From positions 124,001 through 188,000 of the IMG/VR virus record IMGVR_UViG_3300043446_003193: a stretch of DNA of 64,000 nucleotides; one strand, written 5' to 3'. Shown here in pieces: positions 11,101 to 19,156 of this stretch (its first letter is position 1; the number at the start of each line of letters is the position of its first letter). A program made the position numbers and the translations under genes. The notes beneath the pieces were generated by a model. That model worked only from the letters and a program-made list of their open reading frames with translations. It searched no databases and was not told the origin of the DNA.

Positions 11101-11520
11101 TGGTCTATTTGCAATATTATCCCAAGTTGTTTGTGTTATTGAACCACTTAAAACATATCTTGTATCATAAGAAGAAGTTAATTGAGAAGAACCAGAAACA
11201 ATACCGGATGGTTTATTTGCAATATTATCCCAAGTCGTTTGAGTAATACTTCCAATTAAAACATAACGGAAATCTAATGAAGATGTAACTTGATTTGAAG
11301 AACTTACAACATTTGCTAAATTTGGAGCAATAACATTTCCACTTACAAAAAGAGAACCAGAAATAGTTTGGTCACCAATAAAAGTATTTGAGCCGGTAAT
11401 AAAACCATTGACGTTTCTAGTTTCCCATAAACGAGTAGTCTCATTAAAAAATGGGATATGGTTCTGTTTTGGAGAACTTATATTAACTTCTATGGGTTTT
11501 CTACCTATTAACTTTGACAT
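8191..11520 (-). CDS. Fibre protein with C-terminal peptidase S74 intramolecular chaperone
   Basis: C-terminal TSDNRLKTN...LNGYTFDW...GMIAQEV...DYSKVTALLIGAVKEL is the S74 signature; four TW.(F/I/V).H(N/G)L-type domains. Confidence 0.8.
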   Translation of the reverse strand: MSKLIGRKPIEVNISSPKQNHIPFFNETTRLWETRNVNGFITGSNTFIGDQTISGSLFVSGNVIAPNLANVVSSSNQVTSSLDFRYVLIGSITQTTWDNIANKPSGIVSGSSQLTSSYDTRYVLSGSITQTTWDNIANRPDGLISGSSQLSGTSIDSLNITHISASTVSASAITGAFSGDGSGLYGIIAAGSGVTIATGSTFLGTAGQLNFETGSGINVVLASGTASISFTGTNTGTGIALDTVNFAQLSQSVAAQTWSFTHNLENLHPVVTVYDNNNQVIQPLRIESMTTSSMDIVFSSARTGYAVASIGGVSTQGTSKRLTVSVASDTWIFQHNIGDKYPVFEVFGPSGDVVIPSRIETVDSGQAIIYFPYPTTGTVVASVGGGLPSISASYEGYTLQVQNGFASWQSIVSASVSNSQTSSYISYTNVANKPTLVSGSSQITLSSTTGYSTFSSSLNSRFVNLESWSSSLNTTYATDAELSSLSSSVSASLSSVSGAFATSISASNANITSLSASVSTVTGDFSSSVATSFSASNGNITALSSSVNNRLTSLELKSGSLATTGSNNFNGNQVITGSLTITGTLVAQQIQTQLTTSFVAYESGSTKFGDSSDDIHSFTGSIKTLGSIVLGNNGQLQVHSATANTLFGMFDGSTIYGPYYQMFGNNYADLGQRGSSEFVFDTRNSGGSGFNVAEFNGSTWLRKFRVSGNGAEVTGSFGVSGSIFSNGLGLISGSSQLTSSYDTRYVLSGSITQTTWDNIENKPAGIVSGAAQLTSSYDLRYVEVGNDINTLIGYSRLATTGSNTFIGTEIITGSLIITGSLILDNANIDSGRYLHSQSVASTTWTVTHNLEYDYPSVTIYDNSGKVIIPDEITKVSNTQLTITFASAENGFAHVSVGGISNLSGDRYLYNQATSASTWTINHGLNYKYVNVNVYDSNDEMLLPQTIKATNANTLTLTFAIPTAGNAILSKGGPRIMNGLNDMGNGSYQFTGSLVVTGDVDAQNFNTTSDNRLKTNLELIENSLDKVEKLNGYTFDWVSEYNNEGVKQIGMIAQEVYDVQPELVTKKEILIGNTYEEVMLLDYSKVTALLIGAVKELSEKVKQLENKIGE

Positions 11521-11529
11521 CTTCTTCTA

Positions 11530-11877
11530 TTAGTTATTTGCGTTTTCAAGAACTGATAATACTACTTCTAATGATCCAGATTGTGTAGTTCTCATAATCA
11601 ATGCGTCATTTCTTTCTAAAATTACTTTACCAGGAAAAGGATTTAATGCTTCTCCAACTGGAATATGTGCGTTGTATATCAAAGATGATAATGCTAAAGA
11701 ACCACTCTTTTGAACTTGAACCGTTACAGTTTGTTCACTACCGGTAACATTCGTTACTGCAGCAGATAAAAGGATTGTAGCTAAGTCTTGGTCTTCCTGA
11801 TATATTGTGTTACTTCCACTTGCTAAAGTTTTAGTAATTACTCTGAATCTATTTAAAGGTAATTGACTAGTTGCCAT
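11530..11877 (-). CDS. Small virion structural protein
   Basis: 115 aa beta-rich (LNRFR...GKVILE...LSVLE); resembles small proteins that follow beta-helix structural genes in T4-like phages. Confidence 0.55.
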   Translation of the reverse strand: MATSQLPLNRFRVITKTLASGSNTIYQEDQDLATILLSAAVTNVTGSEQTVTVQVQKSGSLALSSLIYNAHIPVGEALNPFPGKVILERNDALIMRTTQSGSLEVVLSVLENANN

Positions 11878-11887
11878 AATTTATTTT

Positions 11888-14800
11888 TTAATTTTCTAAT
11901 GCTAAGTTTAATGGTGTAAATTGTGCCGATAATGCTTTTGTAAATGTTCTACCTTCAATTGTTCCGGTAGCTTGTCTAATTACAAAATCATTTCCTGCAT
12001 AAAAATCACCTGTTTCATCTCCTGATGTGTGGAATACTCTACCACCACTCACTTCGGAAATTCTAATATCATAATTTGTTTCTCCCACACCACCCTGATT
12101 TACAGGTAATGCTAAGAAGTTAACCCCTGCACCTGCATATGAAAAATCATGTGAAGTTGAAGTGATTAATGAACCAAACTCTTCTAAATATTCTTTTCCT
12201 GCTCCTTGAATAACAACTGTATCTATTGTGTTAATAATAACATCAAATAGTTGTCCAATTTTATTTTTTGCAGGAACACTTAAAGTTGTAAAATGTGAAT
12301 CTGGATCAGTTATAATATATTCTTTCATATATTGCCAAGCCAAAACAAAATCACCTGCTAAAGAGCCGGATGTATTTGATATTTGTGGTATCACCGTAAT
12401 TACTCCTTGTGTAAATGATGAAGTTGCTGCAACTGGTAAAGTATATAATCCAGTTCCAGAAATATCTTGTCCTTTAAATAATCCTTGTGTAAATTGTGAA
12501 GTTCTTGCTGCTTTTGGAACTAATAAATCAGCTGCAATAGCATCAACTACTAATCCACTATCTGTTATTGTAGAAGCATATCTACTACCACTTCCACTCA
12601 CATATGATGATGCATAACTACCTGATAAAGCTAGTTTGTTTATCATATATGTTTGTATATTACTCTTTTGTGCCGAAACTAAAAGAGAAGCATCGGTATC
12701 AATTGATGCACTTACTGCTGAAATATCAGGTTTAACTAACATTCTTAAACCTTCTGCTCTTAACCCATAATCACCAAATGTAGTATTTGAGTTTAATAAA
12801 GAAGCATGTCCTCCATCAATACAATATACACCAGTACTACTAAAGTTTGTAAAGAATGATACCAATTGTCCATATCCTCTACCTCTAATACAAATACCAA
12901 TACCATTAAATGCTACCTGTGTGTAAGCATCTACAATCATTGATTTAAGTGGTGAGTAAGGATGTAATACTGAATCATCTACAATCATTCCACCAGGTCC
13001 GTTTCCTACCAATGGATTATTATTTTCATAATCTAAAGGTACATAGAATTTATCAGCCGGCGTTGAAATTGCAGAACAGTTTTGAACATATGGAGAAGTT
13101 ACGATATAAGCGTTTGGTGCGAATGCAAAAAAGAATCCTTGTCTTGGGTCATCTAAATCATCAATTTCACAACCCTCTAATCTTAATCCCCAACAATATG
13201 TACCATTATTCATTAAGAATAAATTCTCACCTTTTGTTCCAGTTGTAGGTCTAACCACAACACTTCTCAAATCATCTCCCAATATAGAAACATTTGATGG
13301 AACTGTAATTGGTGCTTCCTCAACATAGTATCCACTTTTTACTTGAACACTTTGTCTATAAACAGGAAGACCAGGATTTGCTGCTAATGAAGCGGATGCA
13401 GCTGTTATTGCCGCTTTTATAGTTCTGAATGAAGTTGAAAGAGTTTTACCATCGTTTGTATCTAATCCATCTTCACTTACATACCAAACTTTTTCAGTTA
13501 CACCTATATCAGTTAATCCTGCACCAGAACCACTAAGAGCAGTTGCTATTAAAGTTCCACCAACTGTCAAACTATCTCTTAAACTAACTGAACCTGTAAT
13601 TAAAAGTGAACCGGATATTACAACTGAACCTGTAAATTCATGCTTATCGTCTCCGGTATTTCCAAATTTGTTTGAACCAGAAGTATATAGAACAGATGAA
13701 GAAACTAGGGTTACATGATATTCTTTTGCTGTAATAGTTCCAGTTACATCTAAATTACCACTTATTATTTGATTATCTCTAAATGTATTTGAACCCGTTA
13801 ATGCAATCTTATCAATGTTTGTGGTTTGTAATACATCTATTTGAACTGAACCTGAAACTAATGTAGGTTTTTGTCCAATGTTAGAATATAATACATTTGA
13901 TGCGGATGTTGCAGTTGATGCATTACCATACAAAGAACCACTAATTTGTGTAGCTTGTAAAATACTAGCGGATATTGTATTAGTTGAATATAATGAACCC
14001 GTTAATTGATAAGTTCCATTTAATGATTTTGAATTAACCCATTGTCCACCATTAAATACTAATGTATCTCCAGCGGAAATACCACTAATTGCTACATCTG
14101 ATAATCCTCCTAAAGTTACTGAAATTGGATTTGTTCCACTTGCACCAATTCCATTGATACTTCTAAATAATCCACCTTGTATAATTGCCGCAGTATTACT
14201 ATCTGCTAAATTGGTACAGTCTGCTCTTACTAAAAGATACGCTACAAATATTCCGTTTTGTGCCGTATTAGGTGCTTCAACAAATGATTCATTACTAATT
14301 GCGTTTTGTGCATTTAATAATGTAGTGTATTGGCCATTACCATAATAAACTATAAAAGCGTTTGTAGGTGAATTTGGTATCCAAAACACTCTTTGAATTG
14401 TCCATTGATAGTTATTTGGATTTGTACCATCTACGGTTGTTAATAAACCTGTTGTTTGATCAACATATTTTGTTGGGTCAATTACCGAATATCCCGAATT
14501 TCCTACTCCCGTATCAATTATAGAAGTTGAACCACTAAGATGATAACGATATATTTTTGAAGTATTTATTGCACTTTCAGAAATACTTGATGGGTGATTT
14601 GGATTATTAACATAGTTTGCACCTTGTTTATAAGAAACACCGGCTCCTTTTACAATACTTAATGTTGAACCACTTGGAGCCAATGTATGACCTGATATTT
14701 TTAAAGGTCCAAATGCTCTTGTAAAATCATCATTTTGTTGTTGTGCTCCGTATGCAATTTGTGGTGAATTATATACACCAGTTGATACACTTCCGCTTAA

Positions 14801-15562
14801 ATGAAGTACAACACCTAAACTTATTTCAGTATCCCATTGATTTATATCCGCACTACCCCAAGCATTAGTTTGTTGTACATCTTGTCCATATTCATCAATA
14901 CCAACATATGTTATTTTTGCCGAACCAGAATACTTTATCGGTAAATTGGTTTTTGCATCCCAACTTACTTTTTTAACTGTTGGAAATGGATCTTGAGTAA
15001 GGGATGCATTTAACTTAACAATAAGACCCTCACCTGCTGATATACTAAATGTAGTTGAACCAGGCGTAGAACTCAATACACCACCTTTAAGAACACCTGT
15101 GTAAAGATTACTTTCTAGCCATCTTAAACGAGTTACATTGGTATATCCTTCTCCGTTTTGTGAAAAGTATAAATCATTTGTTGAACCGGAAACATAAATA
15201 TAAGATGCTGAAATAGAAGTATCTATATTAGTAGATACTGGCATAAATTGAACATACCCCTTAATAGTTTCACTACCAGATACATTTAATGCTCCAGTTA
15301 AAGATGTTACACCAATTAAAGTATTTGAACCCGTTGTATATAATGATCCTGTAATTACTACATCTCCGATAGTATTTAATGACCCACTATTTTGTGTATT
15401 TGTTGTGAAAATCTCTTGAATAGTTTCACCATTGGAGCCAGATTTTTCAAAATAAATCTTACCATCGTAAGTATTTATCGCTAATTCTCCTAAATCTAAT
15501 TGAGCAGTAGTTGGACGGTTTCCAGCTACGGCACTCCTACGCAACTTAATTGTTTGGGCCAT
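11888..15562 (-). CDS. Fibre/spike with Mtd_N-like N-terminus and pectin-lyase-like beta-helix
   Basis: N-terminal IKLRRS...P...L.LGELAINTYDGKIYF; internal WYVS.DG.D.NDG...FRTIKAA...VKSGYYVE..PI.VP..VSI.GDDLR is a typical beta-helix cap. Confidence 0.7.
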   Translation of the reverse strand: MAQTIKLRRSAVAGNRPTTAQLDLGELAINTYDGKIYFEKSGSNGETIQEIFTTNTQNSGSLNTIGDVVITGSLYTTGSNTLIGVTSLTGALNVSGSETIKGYVQFMPVSTNIDTSISASYIYVSGSTNDLYFSQNGEGYTNVTRLRWLESNLYTGVLKGGVLSSTPGSTTFSISAGEGLIVKLNASLTQDPFPTVKKVSWDAKTNLPIKYSGSAKITYVGIDEYGQDVQQTNAWGSADINQWDTEISLGVVLHLSGSVSTGVYNSPQIAYGAQQQNDDFTRAFGPLKISGHTLAPSGSTLSIVKGAGVSYKQGANYVNNPNHPSSISESAINTSKIYRYHLSGSTSIIDTGVGNSGYSVIDPTKYVDQTTGLLTTVDGTNPNNYQWTIQRVFWIPNSPTNAFIVYYGNGQYTTLLNAQNAISNESFVEAPNTAQNGIFVAYLLVRADCTNLADSNTAAIIQGGLFRSINGIGASGTNPISVTLGGLSDVAISGISAGDTLVFNGGQWVNSKSLNGTYQLTGSLYSTNTISASILQATQISGSLYGNASTATSASNVLYSNIGQKPTLVSGSVQIDVLQTTNIDKIALTGSNTFRDNQIISGNLDVTGTITAKEYHVTLVSSSVLYTSGSNKFGNTGDDKHEFTGSVVISGSLLITGSVSLRDSLTVGGTLIATALSGSGAGLTDIGVTEKVWYVSEDGLDTNDGKTLSTSFRTIKAAITAASASLAANPGLPVYRQSVQVKSGYYVEEAPITVPSNVSILGDDLRSVVVRPTTGTKGENLFLMNNGTYCWGLRLEGCEIDDLDDPRQGFFFAFAPNAYIVTSPYVQNCSAISTPADKFYVPLDYENNNPLVGNGPGGMIVDDSVLHPYSPLKSMIVDAYTQVAFNGIGICIRGRGYGQLVSFFTNFSSTGVYCIDGGHASLLNSNTTFGDYGLRAEGLRMLVKPDISAVSASIDTDASLLVSAQKSNIQTYMINKLALSGSYASSYVSGSGSRYASTITDSGLVVDAIAADLLVPKAARTSQFTQGLFKGQDISGTGLYTLPVAATSSFTQGVITVIPQISNTSGSLAGDFVLAWQYMKEYIITDPDSHFTTLSVPAKNKIGQLFDVIINTIDTVVIQGAGKEYLEEFGSLITSTSHDFSYAGAGVNFLALPVNQGGVGETNYDIRISEVSGGRVFHTSGDETGDFYAGNDFVIRQATGTIEGRTFTKALSAQFTPLNLALEN

Positions 15563-15614
15563 ATCTATGGTTCTTATTACAGTATATACTAAAAAATGAC
15601 TTATATAAGTCTCT

Positions 15615-15623
15615 TATAAATAT
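15615..15623 (-). promoter_or_regulatory. Putative late promoter motif ATATTTATA
   Basis: Directly after a terminator, upstream of 15562. Confidence 0.65.
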
Positions 15624-15652
15624 AAAAGGATTGATGTTTCCACCAATCCTTT
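15624..15652 (-). terminator. Intrinsic terminator
   Basis: Minus strand AAAGGATTGGTG-GAAA-CATCAATCCTTTT: long stem, GAAA loop, U tract, downstream of 15680..17593. Confidence 0.75.
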
Positions 15653-15679
15653 CCAATTTAATTTTTTATGTTCGTTCTA

Positions 15680-17593
15680 TTAGAAATATCCACCATCAAT
15701 TTTAGATGAGAATTCTAATTTACCATCACTTTCTCTATATCCTAAAATACCAGTCAATACATTTGTAGTAGCTGTTGTAGAAACATATCCTAACTCATTT
15801 GAAGAGTTTCTGAATAATATTGCCGATGAGTTTGTATTTGCATCAGTTCCACCCGCATGCGCTAAAGTTACTTTACCTTTAATGTATGTTTGACCAGATG
15901 AACCGGTTACGATTAATGCGTCTGTGTAATAAGAGAATACTGTTCCGTTATCAATTAAATAAGAATCTCCAATTGCACTTGCTCCAGTTGCTTTTGGTAA
16001 AGTGTTTGGAGTTAAACTAATTTCAGAACCTTGAGTACCATAAGTAGTTGTAATTACTTTACCACTCTGTAAACTAGATGAAACTAATAAGAAATAATCA
16101 TTTGTTGAATCCCAAAGTAAAGATGAAGATATGTTATTAGAACCACTATCCATCATCTCAATACCTGCGTATCTTTGATAAGGTGCGTAAGCGTTTAATC
16201 TAATAATGTTATCATCAATTTCAAGAGTTGATGCGGATAATATGATTTGATTTGCCGAACCTAAAACAGTTAAGTTACCTGCAATAGTAGTTGAACCACT
16301 AACATATAAATTCTTACCGATACCAACACCACCACTTACGATTAATGCTCCATCGTTCCAAGTTGAGTTTTGAGTTGTATTAGAAATAGTTGTAATACCG
16401 GTTACTGATACATTACCTGCTGTTTCTAATTTAATCTTTTCAGAACCATTAGTTGTATCAATTGTAATGTACGGATTTGAAGCTTCTTTTAATACATAAG
16501 CGTTTGCAACATTATCTTCAATTACTTCATTGATTGATGTGATTGAATTACCAATAGTAACTAATTCTGAATTATCAGTTGTTGTGATTGCTACATAGTT
16601 ATTAGCTCCTTCAGCAATTGTTAATGCGTTTGATGTATTATCTTTTAATGCAATGTTAGTTGCTGCATTTGCTACATTAATTGTACCACCACTAACAAAA
16701 AGGTTATCGGTAATTCTAACATTACCTGCACTAACATTTATACCACCACTTACATTTAAAGAACCCGTTTGAGTTGTATTACCTAATTGAGATAATGAAC
16801 CTGTAAGAGCTACTGAAGATGAAATGAAAACTGATGCAGTTGCTGTTAATCTATCAGTTGAATCCGTACCAAATGTAGCAGAACCACTAACAGTAATATT
16901 GTTATAGATTTGAACATCGGATAAATTGATGTTTTGAATATTTGCAGTACCACTAACATGTAAGTTTCTCCAAGCTTGAGTACCACTACCTAAATCAAAT
17001 GCGTTATTAACATCTGGTAGGATTGATGAACTAACTTCACCACCAAAAATAATTTGGTCAGTATTAAAATCACCAATATTAATATTACCACCCAAAGTGA
17101 TATTACCTTTAATATTTGCGTTTCCTTGTAATTCTAAATTTGATGCAGAAATATCACCACTTGCAGAAATGTTTTGAGAAAGAGTTAAACTACCTGTTAA
17201 ATTTACAGAACCATTTAATTGATCAATTGTAAGTTTAGTAACACTTCTTCCTTCTAAGTTACCAGTTAAATCAATATTTGTATTTCCACCACCACCAACA
17301 TTACCTAATATATAAAGAGCTTGGTCATTAGTTGAATAAAATGGAGTACCATCTAATACAGAACCATAAGTTGCAGTTGCAATTGATGGTGCGTTTGTAC
17401 CGGTATAAATTTTTGATACCGCTACGTGCGCTCCAGCTACTCCCTCATCATTTACATTTGGGGAACCTATTAATACGAAAGGACCGTTTAAGTCATTAAT
17501 TGAGCCGGATGCGATAATTAATTCGGCGTTTCTAGCAGTAGTTGTTTTTACACTACCTATACTACCCCTACGATGTTTTATAATTTGAGCCAT
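15680..17593 (-). CDS. Fibre/adaptor protein (Mtd_N-like start, C-terminal IDGGYF)
   Basis: 637 aa; MAQIIKHRRG start, GALIVSGGVGIGKNLYVSG fibre repeat, ends KIDGGYF. Confidence 0.65.
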   Translation of the reverse strand: MAQIIKHRRGSIGSVKTTTARNAELIIASGSINDLNGPFVLIGSPNVNDEGVAGAHVAVSKIYTGTNAPSIATATYGSVLDGTPFYSTNDQALYILGNVGGGGNTNIDLTGNLEGRSVTKLTIDQLNGSVNLTGSLTLSQNISASGDISASNLELQGNANIKGNITLGGNINIGDFNTDQIIFGGEVSSSILPDVNNAFDLGSGTQAWRNLHVSGTANIQNINLSDVQIYNNITVSGSATFGTDSTDRLTATASVFISSSVALTGSLSQLGNTTQTGSLNVSGGINVSAGNVRITDNLFVSGGTINVANAATNIALKDNTSNALTIAEGANNYVAITTTDNSELVTIGNSITSINEVIEDNVANAYVLKEASNPYITIDTTNGSEKIKLETAGNVSVTGITTISNTTQNSTWNDGALIVSGGVGIGKNLYVSGSTTIAGNLTVLGSANQIILSASTLEIDDNIIRLNAYAPYQRYAGIEMMDSGSNNISSSLLWDSTNDYFLLVSSSLQSGKVITTTYGTQGSEISLTPNTLPKATGASAIGDSYLIDNGTVFSYYTDALIVTGSSGQTYIKGKVTLAHAGGTDANTNSSAILFRNSSNELGYVSTTATTNVLTGILGYRESDGKLEFSSKIDGGYF

Positions 17594-17626
17594 TTGCTTT
17601 ACTTTATTGTTATGGTTATTCTAATC

Positions 17627-17635
17627 TATAAATAT
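17627..17635 (-). promoter_or_regulatory. Putative late promoter motif ATATTTATA
   Basis: Intergenic, upstream of 17593. Confidence 0.65.
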
Positions 17636-17670
17636 GTTTTTTTCATATAAAAGTGATGATTTGGATTAAA

Positions 17671-18009
17671 TTAAAAAAATCCACCCAGATCTATAACACC
17701 TACATTCTGCATTGAACTATCTGCAACAGGTGAAGTAGTACCAACTGTTCCAACTCTTTGAATATAAACTGAAGCGGAAACTGCTGTTCTATTAATCGCA
17801 TCTAAACTTGCAGAAACTTGATTATCAACCACCGCCATTGCTCCACTTACAATTACTGAATACTCATCATCAGTTCTTGCCTTAAATGTTGATGATCCAG
17901 AAACTATTAATGCAGATCCGGTTGAATTTCCTACGATTACTACCGAACCTGTAATTGGAACATCAAAATTACTAAAATCTATTTGTTTAGGTTGAATTAA
18001 CTCTGCCAT
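17671..18009 (-). CDS. Small virion adaptor protein
   Basis: 112 aa, TGS/SGS-rich, ends VIDLGGFF. Confidence 0.55.
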   Translation of the reverse strand: MAELIQPKQIDFSNFDVPITGSVVIVGNSTGSALIVSGSSTFKARTDDEYSVIVSGAMAVVDNQVSASLDAINRTAVSASVYIQRVGTVGTTSPVADSSMQNVGVIDLGGFF

Positions 18010-18034
18010 TATCTACTTTGTGTATATTATTATC

Positions 18035-18043
18035 TATAAATAT
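18035..18043 (-). promoter_or_regulatory. Putative late promoter motif ATATTTATA
   Basis: Intergenic, upstream of 18009. Confidence 0.65.
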
Positions 18044-18049
18044 TATTAA

Positions 18050-19144
18050 TTATAGTTTCGTTATTGTTATATATCCTGAACCTGAATTATATCTACTTAA
18101 ATTTGTTATTGCACTTCCACTAAATGTAGATAATCCATCATAATTTCCATCAGATGTTGATATCGTAGTTGCAGTTGATATGATATAAGAACTACCACCC
18201 CCACCACCATCAGATGCAGGTTGAGAACTTCCCCAAGAACCGGCACCTCCGGCATATCCACCACCACCACCACCGGCAATAGGAGTTCCACCGCCACCAC
18301 CACCAAATCCACCTGCAGTTGCATTTGCGGGTGTATATGTTAATGCAGGTAATCCACCAACTGCACCACTTACAAATGCAAAACCTCCTGCACCATGTGA
18401 ACCCAGTTGTGTCATTGTAAATGTTCCGTCACCTCTCATACCATTTCCTAAAAATCCACCACCACCACCTCCATCGTAAAGATTTGAAGATACTACCGAT
18501 GCAGTATTTATATGAGAACGACCTCCTAAACTTCCTGTTCCACCGGGAGCGTTATGTCTTGATAATGAACCGGTTGTTGCGGTTGAACCATTACCTGCCA
18601 ACGAACCACTTTTTAGTATTCCACCAAATCCCATAACATCACCACTATATGCACCTTGCCCACCTGCACCACCTGCTACTAAATAAGGAGTATTTGAACC
18701 TGATAAAACAAAGAATGAACCTCCGCCTCCGCCTACACCAACATATGATAATCCAGATGTTGCTGTATTTAAACTTCTTTGACCAACAACCATTGTAAAC
18801 TTTTGTCCTTGTGTTAGAGGAACTCTGGCTTTAACAATTGCTCCCATAGAACCAGAATATATTCTTGGATATGAACTAATACCACTTGCTGCACCCGCTA
18901 CTTCAATTTCATAAGTTGCAGTTTCAGGTACTGTCCATATTTGATAACCTTGAAATGAACCAGTTGTAAAAAATAAAGGATTTAAAAAATAACTACCAGA
19001 TGTAGAACCCGTATATGCTGCTAATATCGCAGTACCCAAAGGACCGGTTGAACCACTAATTCCTACTGTTGTAAAAGTAAACGATGTAAATGGATATAAT
19101 GCTAAAGAACCTATTGTAAATCCATTTGAAAATTGTATTGCCAT
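18050..19144 (-). CDS. Glycine-rich domain protein (ALK/LTK-type Gly_rich), probable fibre tip
   Basis: GYQIWTVP...YEIEVAGA...VVGQ...GGGGGSF...LVAGGAGG...GGFGGGGG...GGGGGGY.GG pattern. Confidence 0.7.
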   Translation of the reverse strand: MAIQFSNGFTIGSLALYPFTSFTFTTVGISGSTGPLGTAILAAYTGSTSGSYFLNPLFFTTGSFQGYQIWTVPETATYEIEVAGAASGISSYPRIYSGSMGAIVKARVPLTQGQKFTMVVGQRSLNTATSGLSYVGVGGGGGSFFVLSGSNTPYLVAGGAGGQGAYSGDVMGFGGILKSGSLAGNGSTATTGSLSRHNAPGGTGSLGGRSHINTASVVSSNLYDGGGGGGFLGNGMRGDGTFTMTQLGSHGAGGFAFVSGAVGGLPALTYTPANATAGGFGGGGGGTPIAGGGGGGYAGGAGSWGSSQPASDGGGGGSSYIISTATTISTSDGNYDGLSTFSGSAITNLSRYNSGSGYITITKL

Positions 19145-19156
19145 AATTTATACTAT

